From the NCBI GenBank assembly GCA_964035545.1, contig CAXIUT010000192.1, positions 31,244-64,565 on the forward strand: a DNA stretch of 33,322 bases. The letters run 5' to 3'. Position numbers and translations under genes: made by a program. Positions 1 to 10,819 of the stretch are shown in pieces. Each line of letters begins with the position of its first letter. Position 1 is the first letter of the stretch. The notes beneath the pieces are model-generated. The model was not told where the DNA came from, searched no databases, and worked only from the letters and a program-made list of their open reading frames with translations. This stretch comes from Bugula neritina. Taxonomy: Eukaryota; Animalia; Bryozoa.

Positions 1-93
1 CCCAACCCCAACCCCAACCCCAACCCCAACCCCAACCCCAACCCCAACCCCAACCCCAACCCCAACCCCAACCCCAACCCCAACCCCAACCCC
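1..93 (+). repeat. Left telomere, (CCCCAA)n
   Basis: Perfect C4A2 hexamer array (~15.5 units) at the 5' end of the window. This is the repeat known from Tetrahymena and related ciliates. Confidence 0.98.
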
Positions 94-239
94 TAAGAGA
101 TATAAATCAATTATTAAACTTAAATAATGATAGTTAAGTAGCATTAAATATGATTTTATAAATTAAGATAAAATCTTTATGTTGAGTTTAGTTGAATTGA
201 TTAAGCATCTTTTATGACGTCAAAATATAATTGTATACA

Positions 240-1505
240 ATGGCAAATCGACTCTAGTTTATTAGCTAAACCATAAAAAAAGATAAATACGTTGATTCTA
301 GCTTTGACTACTTAAGTTTCGATAACTTTCTTACACCAGAATAAAATGTTTTTATACTTTGATTTAGGATATCAGAAAAAGATTACGTCAATTTATGGAA
401 GTAGAAGTTAAAGAAGCAATTATTCCCTATGTAGAAGAAGCAAAGTTTCCTTAATTTTTAGTGTAAAAGTTAAGAAATACTGGAATAATGAAACATCTCT
501 TCAAGAAACCCTATGGTGCTGGAACATCAGGATTACTTCAAGGAGTACTTACAGCAGAGATCGCTAGAGTAGATCCAGGATTTGCAACATTTGTTATTGT
601 GCAAGCTGGACTTCTTGGATTTACTATTGAAGCTCTAGGATCTGAAGAACAAAAAGCTAAATATCTACCTAAGATTATCGACTTAGATTGGATAGGAGGA
701 TGGGCACTTACTGAAGATAAAATTGGTTCTGATGCTTCAAATTTGGCAACAACAGCGACCAAATAAGGAAATACGTATAAATTAAACGGAGTTAAAAGAT
801 GGATGGGAAATGCTAATAGGGATTTGCTAGTTGTTTTCGCTAAAACATAAAAGAAACAAGTTTAAGGATTTATCCTTGAAACTCATAACAATTCCTAAAG
901 GATGGAAATCATAACCTATCAAAAATAAACTTGGTCTTAGAATTGTTTCAAAATTGTCATGTTGAACTTAATAATGTTTAAATAGGAGAAGAGCATAAAT
1001 TACCAAAAGCTACAAACTTCCAAAAAGGTGCAAATGTAGTCCTAAAACATTCAAGACCTATTGTTTGCTGGATTGCTATTGGAACATGTATTGGTGTCTA
1101 TGATAATGCTATTAAATATACCAGAGAAAGAAAACAGTTTGGAAGACCAGTAGCAGGTACTTTGATATTTATTTAGGATTCCAGTTAGTACAAGAAAAAC
1201 TTGTTAGAATCATGGCTAATGTTCAGGCTATGATGATGCTAGCTTGGAGAATTTCTAGCTTATATGATAAAGGAACTGTATAAATGGGTCAGATAGCTCT
1301 AACCAAAGCTTGGATTACATAAAGGGCAAGAGAAGTATGTAGATTAGGCAGATAAATTTGTGGAGGTAATGGTCTTGTTCATGAAAATTTTGTTATGCGA
1401 GCTCTAACTGATATGGAAGGTATCTATACCTATGAAGGTTCATATGAAGTAAATGCATTGGTAGCTGGTCGTGATCTAACAGGACATGCAGCTTTTGTGA
1501 AATGA
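240..1505 (+). CDS. Acyl-CoA dehydrogenase family protein, most like plant ACX4 short-chain acyl-CoA oxidase / glutaryl-CoA dehydrogenase
   Basis: With UAR=Glu it reads MANRLEFISE...FLTPEEN/DIRKRLR...WALTEDKIGSDAS...LNGVKRWMGNA...ERKQFGRPVA/GFQLVQEKL...LGREICGGNG...IYTYEGSYEVNALVAGRDLTG, ending at TGA 1503-1505. Introns at 348-367 and 1157-1176. Two apparent extra T bases (~892, ~947). Confidence 0.92.
348..367 (+). other. 20-nt spliceosomal intron
   Basis: gtttttatactttgatttag; its removal joins LTPEEN to DIRKRLR in frame. Confidence 0.85.
1157..1176 (+). other. 20-nt spliceosomal intron
   Basis: gtactttgatatttatttag; its removal restores the conserved QFGRPVAGFQLVQEKL motif. Confidence 0.92.
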
Positions 1506-1552
1506 TCTATTATGTTAACATGATGAATATATCAACTCAAAATATAAATAAA

Positions 1553-4154
1553 TCATTGAAGAAGAGCTTCAAAAGAGTTACTTTTTGATAAATAGCTATG
1601 TTTTTCTAGTTTTTTGAATGTAGAAAGGTCAAATTTTTAATTTTAAACTAAAGACTTGAGTTCATTTAACCTTTTTCGATAACTTTTTTCGATAATCTAT
1701 CTAAAGAACTACTGTATTTTTGGGAATAAATAGCACTTACGAGTCATATTTTTGCCTGGACATTTAGGATCTAGAATTTAGAGATCAGCTCTTTACCTCA
1801 TATCTTATTCTTAATTCTTCTTTTATTTTTTTGAATAAAATATACTTGACTTTCCATAGTTAAGAAGGTCGATCCCAGTCTACTTTTAATCGAACTAGTA
1901 ACCATAGAAAGTTAACAATTTCTCAAATACAAGACTCACATCATTTTACTAGTTTAGTTTCTTCTCATAAATAAAACTAACTATCAAAACAATCATTGAG
2001 AAAGTATTCAATCCTCCTTGATATGTTTTATGAAAATCTTTATCTTGAAGAAGAAACTTTAAAACAATAACAATATAATGCAAAGTTGGTATTTATCTTA
2101 GCCATGAATTAATCGTTTGAGTTGATATTATGCCTAAGTGGTTGGATTGTGATAGAATATTCAATGTTTCAATAGTTATATCTGCCTCAATGATACCACT
2201 ATTATGAATTCGATTCAATCTCTGATATACCTAGCCATATTGAGGATCTAAACATACTATAGAAGTGTCTATTTTTAATTTGATGATAGGAATACTTGCA
2301 GTACTTATGACTTTAATGTCAAATATATAAGGTTGAGATGAAAATATTTACTGAAGACTTTCCAAAGCTCCTTGTAATTTAAGATGGTCTGGTAGATATT
2401 AATAAAATCCAAGAATATTGTTTTTGATGGCTATATCTATGTCACTATTCTTTATTGAAATTCCACTTGCACAACTACCAAAGAGCTCGATTTATATATT
2501 GTAGTAGTTAAGAAGGAATTTAATCCTTTCAAAGGCAACAAACCGTCTTTCATAATAGATATTAGCTTCTTCACTTATTTTATCAGCAAATTCTACAATC
2601 TATTCAGACATTATGCTTAGATTCATTTTCTTTATTTCATCAGTTGAAATAAGCATTTTTTTATGGATCTATTTTTGAGTATTTTTAACAATATATTTAT
2701 AATTTATTTGTTTCAACTTTCTATAAATATGGTTAATATTTTTCCTATATCTTTTTCTATATCTTTTGTTAGTATTTTATTTCATGCTTTTCTTACTTAT
2801 TTCTTTTTCTTTGTAGTGTTTTTTCTTTTCAGTCACTTAAGTTTTTATAGCTCTCATGTCCTTCTTTATTTTTTTAAAACTAAATTTTCTTTTCTTCCAT
2901 TTTAAGTGATAAAATTGGAGAAGACTAATCAAATTATGTCATTTTCCTCTTTCTATGAAACCTTTTATCACGCTCAGTAACATTTGTTTTCATTTGATTC
3001 AATACTAGCTAATGAAGTTTTGTGTTTAAGCTTTTTCCTTTTTATTGGATTTAACCTCTGCTATTTCTCCTCGATTTTTGCATTGAACATATGTTATTTT
3101 TATATTTTTTCAGTATAATAAGGCTTAAAAGCCTTTCTTTTTCTATTTTTATCCACTTCTTTTTTCCAATAAAGATATAATAATTCATGATATTTGACTA
3201 TTTAACAGGTAACTTTTTTTTATCTTACATTTGAAAATTCTATTACAAAATTCATTCTTTTATAATTTAAGGCAATTATGATGCCTCTTTATCCAATTAT
3301 AAGAAATCTATCTTGATTTAATTCTTAATAAGATAATTCATAACTTCTTTGATATCATTAAAACCTAAATTATCTATATTTTTTACCTAAATAAACCATA
3401 TTTAACTTTTGATCTTAAGTCAAATATTTATAATAAGCACTAAATTACTTTTTTCTTTTTCTTTCTTCTTATAAACTCTTAGATAAAAACTCAGAGTTAA
3501 AGACACTTTCTCTATAGCAAATAAGATTTCTTGTCTTAGATAATTTATTGTTTGTAACTGCAATTTCTTCAACATTTTTACATATCTTTATTTTTTCATT
3601 TACGACTTCTATTTCATCACGATGCTTAGTTACATCTTGAAGAAGTTTCACTGATTGATTTTCAACTGTACAAGTCAGCAAATCAAATAGTTTTTCAGGA
3701 CATTCAAGTAAGCTATAGTCAAAACAGATGTGGTCAAAAAATTATCTGCCATCAGAGACAAATGTTATCGAATCAAAGAATCCCTATATTGATAAATGAA
3801 TACTTTTTAAGCTTTTTTTGAGAATCTTTCTATTCTCAAAGTGAGATTCACCTCTGGCAATAACTTAGCATTTATTTGTCTGTATCTAAGGGCAGCGTTA
3901 ATGAAGAGTGTGTTCAAGCTCTAAAAGCTTTTTCTGAATGTTATTTGGAATTTTAGCTGAATATATTTTAAGAGCCAAAAAGCGTTCTTACATGGGAAGA
4001 GATCTTATCCTTTATAAGGAGACATTTACCATTGGTTGAAAGATGTTCTAAGTGCGGGAAGAGATTTTTGTTAGAGTTGTGAGATGTTAGAGAGTTGTTT
4101 TTATTCGTTGTGAGAAGAATAAGAGATTTTTGATAGCTATGATGATACAATCAT
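1553..4154 (-). CDS. Non-canonical poly(A) polymerase / terminal nucleotidyltransferase, Trf4/PAPD5(TENT4)-like, with a long N-terminal extension
   Basis: Pol-beta NTase motif GSCASGISIKNSDIDIAI, followed by ASIPIIKL, ADITIE and YQGGLNTFSMIVLIVSF (Trf4-type GGL motif), then a PAP-associated region ILDPKCPGKN. Lys-rich middle. Introns at 4010-4029 and 3365-3386. TGA at 1553-1555. Confidence 0.82.
3365..3386 (-). other. 22-nt intron (may be 21 nt if the A-run is miscalled)
   Basis: gtaaaaaatatagataatttag; its removal avoids a downstream TGA and gives VYLGFNDIKEV. Confidence 0.65.
4010..4029 (-). other. 20-nt spliceosomal intron
   Basis: gtaaatgtctccttataaag; its removal links the ATG-4154 frame to FNQWIRSLPMEERFLALKI. 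Confidence 0.75.
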
Positions 4155-4914
4155 GATTTTGCTAATTATATACAATAAAATAATAAATTCATTTGTTCTT
4201 AAGTTGAATTATAATGTTATCAACAAATATTTAATTTCTAATTTGTCACTAAATCTAATCTAATTCTATTTTTATTGAAAATCATAATCATATTTATAAT
4301 TTTAAATACTATCAATTAAAAAAAATTGATATTCATTCGAGTTCTCTTTTAGCTTATTTCATATTTTTTATTTTTTTTGAAATTCTATAAAATAAAGAAT
4401 CCTTAAAGTTCAAAAAATGGCTAAAAGTATTTTTGAAAAAAAAGTTCGATTGTCGAAAAATAGATTTTTTTTCTTTATAATGTTTGGAAAAAAACATTAT
4501 AAAGAGTTCATATAAATATATTATTAGTAAATGACTATTAATTAATTAAATAGATATTTTTTTTTTGATAGATACCATGGTAATCATATTTTTGTAATTA
4601 AATGATTTAAAACTTTATTTTAAGAGATATGGATAATCTGTAAATATGATAGTTAGTTGTTATTTATTAATCTTATTCGAAATATAAAATGCAATTTTTA
4701 TCATCCTGATCGAGAGAGTATCTTATGAAGATTAAAATTTATACTAAAATATCAAAAATTAAACAAAAATAATCCAAAATAAAACTTATTTCTTTAGTTT
4801 ATTATTTTTACAATGATAATTCTACTATAATTAAGAGAAAATGTTGATTAGTTATTTAAGACTTATTTATAATTTTATTCTTGAGATCGATAATAATATT
4901 AATTTAAGTTCCAC

Positions 4915-5578
4915 ATGCAAAACTATTCAGAATTTATTTAAAAATAATAACAAGTAGATAAACCAAGAGAAAATAGCAAAATCAAGAGCAGAAAAGTGCT
5001 TAAAATCAATAAAAGAGCGAAATAGCCATTTGAAGTTTTATGCATGGGATTTTGCATAAAACTATGCTTATATTGCCTATTTGATCAACTTTAAGGCAAT
5101 ATTAGATTCTCCTGAATAAAGAAAAAGAATCAAGGTCTTCAATCATATTTCTAAACTTATCAAAACTCGTAATTCTTATCAAATAAAAAGCCATCATCAA
5201 AAAATGATGTTACACCATCAATCAATTGATGGAATAGTCAACAGTATCCGAACTAAAATAGCCAAAGAAGTGAGTATCAAGCCTGAATACATTTAAACAA
5301 TAGAAAATATTAACAAAGAAGCTGAAATATTTTATTTTTCTGAGATATCCTCTCTACAGCTTCAAGTTTTGAGACTCCCAACAGTACCAAAAGTACTAAA
5401 AATAGAGGAAGAAAATACCCCAGAGTAGGAAAATGATGACTATTCTCTTTCATCTGAATCTTTAATACCCATATTGGATCAGGTAAAGGTAGAATAGAAT
5501 CATAGTTCAGGAGAGTTTACCCGTTTGTTTTAAAATAAGAAAATTGAAGAAGAAATGATCTGGCATAAAAAAGAATGA
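4915..5578 (+). CDS. Myb/SANT domain protein, SHAQKYF-like (SHHQK variant)
   Basis: AWDFAENYAYIAYL...KVFNHISKLIKTRNSYQIKSHHQKMM, ending at TGA 5576-5578. The start is uncertain because ATG 4915 needs one indel to reach the Myb frame. Confidence 0.75.
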
Positions 5579-5696
5579 TAAGGACATTATTTAAACCATA
5601 CTTTCTTATTATAAATCATTATTTTTTCTATGAAATCTATTTTTATCATATTTTAAAAATATGTTATATGCAGATAATTCAATCAATCAATAAATA

Positions 5697-6421
5697 TCAT
5701 ATAATATTAATTTTATAAAGGTCCCTTGTTATTTTCTTTTGGAATTTTCCCCGTCCTTTGCTGTAAATATCAAAGAATATCTAAGCATCATAAGTATTCC
5801 TTTGATAGGAAAATTTAAAATTATTAGAATAAAAAGTACAGTTTTTGTTTCCCTCCAGATGGAGCCGAAAAAGACTCTAAATTTATCAAAAGCTTAGGAA
5901 TGAAGTTCTTATCTTAAGAGAGAGAATAAACTATTTAAATAGTATCTTTTAAGAAATTTTTAAAAAACAGAAATCTGGATATTTCTTCTTCTAAATTGAA
6001 AGATTTATCAGATTCGATCTTCTACGATTGCTGAATAAATGAATAAATTTATCTATGAATCAAAAGTAGAAAGGAATAAATCACAGAAAGTGATTTTTTC
6101 TTCTTCGATAAAATCCATAAAAAAATAATCTCTTTCAATTCTGAGTCATAGATAGTGCTATTTTAAGATAAAAAATATACTTAATAATAATAGAAAAATC
6201 TGATAAAAGTTGAGTACTTGATATTAATAATAATGATAGTGTGTATATATTCAAAAAGAATATTAATTGAATCATGAAAAAGTGGTCAAGAAGAAGGTAA
6301 TAGTCATTGAACTGTACTTTTGATGGTTTGAAAATAGTTGAAATTCTTATTCAGATAAAATTTAATGGGTTTATTGGTTTTAAATAGGATAATTAGTATG
6401 AGTTCGGTCAAAAGTATCCAT
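5697..6421 (-). CDS. Possible hypothetical protein (frame unresolved)
   Basis: Long TGA-free stretches with coding-like composition on the minus strand. No recognisable motif, and frames cannot be joined confidently. Confidence 0.3.
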
Positions 6422-7077
6422 ATTATAAAATCTAAAAGAAAAAATCAGTCGTAAAAAGTTCGTAAACTATTGATAATATGTCATTTTAGATCTTAATAAT
6501 TAAATAAATCTTGCAAGATTAACTAAAAAAAAGAAATAAAAGCAGTAGAATATAGAAATATCGAATAAACTCTTCAATAAAAATCAAAATAAGAAGAGAT
6601 TTTAAAGATAGTAACTATAATAGCTTTGAGGTTCTAATTAGTAAAATAATGTTTTGATAAACCTTAACTCATGGTTTTTTCTTGTTATTTACAACTAATT
6701 TTTATATTACCCTTAGGAAGCTATTATGAATTGAATATAATGAACTATATCCAATAAAATCACGATTATCATCACTGAACATATATATAAAATATCAAAA
6801 AAAATCAACTAAAATGTTAGTTTTAAAGATAGAAATCAATATCAAATAAAGATAAGTATTTCTATTTCATTATTAAATCTACTTTTTTTAGATTCTTACT
6901 GATTACTAAAATTTAAAACATAAGATAAACCATTTCTGATGCCACAGATAGCAAAGGCATTTTATTTTTAACTTGAAAAAGTATTAATTTTGATAGAACT
7001 AGCAATTAAGATCAAGAAAGCTACTACAAGTGGAATCTAATTATCGATTTTATAAAAATAAATTGATCCGAAATCAA

Positions 7078-7608
7078 ATGTCAACTCAAAATGATCCTTT
7101 CATCATCATTAGATGTTAAAAAACTTCAGAATAGATAATAGAAACAAATAATAGAAATGGAACAAGTTTCTGGACTGATGAGGAACATCTTCAATATATA
7201 AGATTTTTCAAAGAAAACATGGATTTTGCCTTTGACAACAACATTAGAAGGTCATAAAAGATCTTTCTACAGATGAACAAAATGATTCCGACCAGAAGTT
7301 CACTCCAAATCAAAAGTCATCATCAAAAACTTATGAAAAAGTATCATAGTGTTGAAACCATCATTTAAAAACTAGAGTAAAAAATAGGAACTGTTTAATG
7401 CCAAACAAGCCACTCAATTGGAGAAAATCAAAGTGATTATCTTAGCTAGCCAAGTTTGAGCTCCTTAGGGTTTATCAATAAAGAATAGATAAATAATATC
7501 TCTAAGCTAAGATAGTCCAGACTACTTTTAGCATAGCTTATTCGATATTATGATCTGGGAGAAGCAAAATAATATTCAGGATGGTTTCTTTTAATGATTA
7601 TTTGCTGA
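7078..7608 (+). CDS. Myb/SANT domain protein, SHAQKYF-like (SHHQK variant)
   Basis: TSFWTDEEHLQYIRFFKENM...KIFLQMNKMIPTRSSLQIKSHHQKLMKK in one open frame from ATG 7078 to TGA 7606-7608. The C-terminal frame may be shifted. Confidence 0.8.
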
Positions 7609-7784
7609 TTTTATTTCCCCCATTAATCCCTATAATATTTTTTTAAAACTTCAGACTGCTATTATTATCTAAAGAATAACTGAAATATTAATTATTATAA
7701 AATAAATCAATTTCATTTGGAATTAGCTTTGACTTTATTTTGAAACTTTTTCTTTTTTTTTTAATTTTTTCTTCAATATTAAAA

Positions 7785-8580
7785 ATGAGAAGTAAAATAG
7801 TAGAGAAAAGATCAGGGATTATTTCATAAATGAGAAAGTAGCAGATATAACAGCAGTTCAGAGTGATGAGAGAACAACTGCTTTAAAAAATTGAGTAAAG
7901 GAATAATTATCAAAATATGCAAGAGAGCAAACTCATCCTTGCTTATGAAAAACTTCAAAACTAAAATTCTCAAAAATTATCTATTTTTGTTAACATCGAA
8001 GAACTTATTGAGGAAAAGCTTTTAAGCTATAAATCTGATAATTTTGAGGAAAATATTGGCCCTCTGGCTTTACATTGTTCTGACTAGCGATCAAGAAGTG
8101 ATGAAATATTTAATCAAAAGTAACATATAAAAAAGAGTGGAATAAGTGTATCTAACTTTTAAATAAATTTTCTTTGATAAACTAGTTAGTATATGAAAGA
8201 ATGAACACATTTTTGTAAATGATCTTTACAACAAAATATCATAATTTTGATCAACACTCTCAGTAAATGTCTAGTATCAAGTAAAAAAGATATACAGTGT
8301 CGAAAGTACAATGTTTTTTATCTAAATAGAACCTTAAACTAACTAAGATTCTTTTTACTTTTAGCTATTAAGTACTTATATTAAAAATAGCCCAAAATAA
8401 CATCTAATAACTTTCATTACTTCAGGATATGCTCTCAAATCAATATAATTTGAAAATAACTCAATATTTTATTCTCTTCTTGACCAGTTAGAAGTTCATG
8501 GAAATAATGATCCTTCTTTCGAATAAATAAAAAACGAACTTTTAGATAGAAGAGAAAAACTGTATTCAAAATTTCTATGA
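7785..8580 (+). CDS. Hypothetical protein; N-terminus weakly resembles an importin-beta-binding (IBB) helix
   Basis: MRSKIVEKRSGIISEMRKEQIEQQFRVMREQLL... open for ~130 codons. The middle is disrupted, and a final open frame ends at TGA 8578-8580. Confidence 0.5.
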
Positions 8581-8632
8581 TACTTTAAAAAATGATATTT
8601 ATTCTTTAATATACTTAAACATTTGTTTGTTA

Positions 8633-9906
8633 TCATTTAAGATGGGCAAAAAATCTTTTATCTTCATGATCAAGTGATGAATGAGATTTATACATATTTT
8701 TGTAAGATAATTATTCTTTATTTCTAGCAATTCCAACCTTCTCGACGATCAAGATCAAAGTATGTATAATATCTACTAAAAAATCCATCTCCAATAAACA
8801 ATTCTGAAGTATACTTAGCTGACTAAATATAAAAGTCACAAAGAGAATCCTAACCCTCCAAAACACATCTTTGAACATAAGAATGATGATCAATTTTTAT
8901 ACTATCTATCATCAATATAGATATTGAGAGTAGGCAACTCATCAAAATATTTAACTCTACATCTCAATAATGAAAATTGTTTAGCAAAAGGTTCAACATC
9001 AAATCGACATTTATTCGATTATGTATTAAATGATCTAACAATCTGATCCTAAAATCTATGAGGAATCGATATACATGAATTACCACTATCTAGTATAGCT
9101 TATTCAATATCAAGTTTAGATCCATCACCTATCTGAACATAATCTATTTCAATTTCATAGGAATTTCCTCCCTACAACTTAACTTTGTGAAGCTATCCTT
9201 CATATTTTGATTCATCTGGTTCACCAAAAGATATTGAAGAGGTATGGTTGTTTTGGAAATTTAGATTTAAACCAAAAGAATAAGTATCAATTATACCATT
9301 ATCTATAAGTGATTGAATAAAAGTTGAATATGGGCTTCTAGCTAGTCCAGGAAATGATAATCCAACGATTCCCTCAGGTCTATAGAATGTTTTTGGAGCA
9401 GTATAAGCAACTAAAACATGTTTATTGAACAAGTGCTTTCCAAACTTAATATCCAAATTTTTAATATAAGTATTGAGATACCCATCAAGATAAGCTATTC
9501 TTAATTTTCTATTGACTTGCATACAGACAGGACATGAATATTTTTATTCTGGTTGACCTGGGGAATTTTCTCCTTTGATAAAAATATCACTAGAACCAGT
9601 ATCAATATTAAGGTGATAATCTAGTCCTCCTATTTTCATGGGTAAAGTAAAGAAATATCCCATTGGTATCACTCTATATGTTTCTGAGGTTGCTTGTAGG
9701 TGAAGTTCATGACGAGGCTGGTTACTGTTCTTATTTATCATGTTATGATAAATAACGTAACTTTTCTAATGGGATTGTTGAAGATGTTTTTCTTAATTTG
9801 AAGGTTTAGGAGGATGATAGATAGGAGAGGTCAATTTTGCTGAAGTATTTAGTAGGAAGAGAAAAGATATGAGAAGAAAGATTGGTTTACTTTGATATCT
9901 GAACAT
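8633..9906 (-). CDS. Secreted pepsin-family (A1) aspartic protease
   Basis: Signal peptide MFRYQSKPIFLLISFLFLLNTSA. Catalytic motifs NIDTGSSDIF and ILDSGNSCI, plus GIVGLSF, FIGDGFFSRYYTYFD and VGIA. One apparent extra base near 8741. Confidence 0.9.
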
Positions 9907-10222
9907 TCTTTATTTGATATGTGGAAAAAAGATAAGAATTATCAATAAATCTATCTTTATATTTAATTATAAATATTAAAACCAGTATAAATAGATGATA
10001 TTGACTATTTTATATTGTTATTGATAGTTTAAAGGAAATATTTTTAGTATTTCTTCTTTAATAATCTTAAATCTATTGAAATATTTTCATATAAACAATT
10101 CAAAGCGTTAGTATTGAATTTATTAATGGAATAAAAGAAGTTTCTAGAACTACAGTTATTAATTAAAAGAGTATAAGTTCAACAGTATGATATGATTTGA
10201 AGAATATTTAAAATAAGTTGAA

Positions 10223-10711
10223 ATGACCAAGGTTTACTTTGATGTTTCTATCGGTGGCAAGGATGCAGGAAAGATCACTTTTGAACTCTTTGACAGTGTT
10301 GTTCCCAAGACAACATAGAACTTCAGAGCTCTCTGTACTGGTGAAAAAGGATTTGGGTTCGCTAAATCAGGCTTCCACAGAGTGATCAGTAATTTCATGG
10401 CTCAGGGAGGAGACTTCACCAAACATAATGGCACAGGAGGAAAGTCCATCTACGGAGAGAAGTTCGCTGATGAAAATTTCAAGATCAAGCACACTGAACC
10501 CTATCTGCTTTCAATGGCTAATGCTGGCAAAAACACCAATGGTTCTCAATTCTTCATCACTTTTGTCCCTTGCCCCTGGCTTGACAACAAACACGTTGTT
10601 TTCGGAAAAGTTATCGATGGAAAATAAGTTGTTGATGCCATGCATGCAAAAGCTACTGGAGATGGAACACCAAAAGCCCAAATTATTATTACTCAATCCG
10701 GACAATGCTGA
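10223..10711 (+). CDS. CYP: Cyclophilin-type peptidyl-prolyl cis-trans isomerase (cyclophilin A-like, 162 aa)
   Basis: Intact [11 protein letters not shown]...VPKTT[TAG][11 protein letters not shown]...[14 protein letters not shown]...[17 protein letters not shown]...[12 protein letters not shown], ending in TGA. Confidence 0.97.
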
Positions 10712-10819
10712 TCCATATCACCGTCAAATCATTTTATTTGCTTTTTAAATTACAGATTGAATTCCCATTACTTTTACATAATTCTCATACAAATAATAAA
10801 ATAGCAATAGTTAATCAAA

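Noticed and set aside
249-275. PTS2 peroxisomal signal in the ACX4-like protein (RLEFISETI)
   Set aside because: It lacks the H/Q-L/A ending of the RLx5HL consensus. There is no PTS1 at the C-terminus either (AAFVK), so localisation is unresolved.
880-960. Frequent frameshifts (ACAD ~892 and ~947, protease ~8741, DHHC, cyclin, others) as programmed ribosomal frameshifting or RNA editing
   Set aside because: They go in both directions, mostly sit in homopolymer runs, and share no slippery-codon-plus-stop motif like the Euplotes AAA-UAR signal. Long-read indel error is more parsimonious. Short-read polishing would settle it.
2663-2905. Hydrophobic ORF-track entries (e.g. 2663-2905 +, 14230-14418 +, 20348-20542 -, 21105-21374 -, 31330-31644 +) as membrane proteins
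   Set aside because: They are antisense shadows of K/E/T-rich real genes on the opposite strand.
4160-4910. Longest non-coding stretch as a host for tRNA or ncRNA
   Set aside because: No cloverleaf, snRNA/snoRNA boxes or GC-rich stem recognisable by eye. An Infernal or tRNAscan search would be needed to exclude one.
10223-10711. Standard ciliate code (UAR=Gln) or split code (UAA=Lys, UAG=Glu)
   Set aside because: TAA occupies invariant Glu in APE, KYEE, EF-hand position 12 and GRE motifs; Gln or Lys does not fit.
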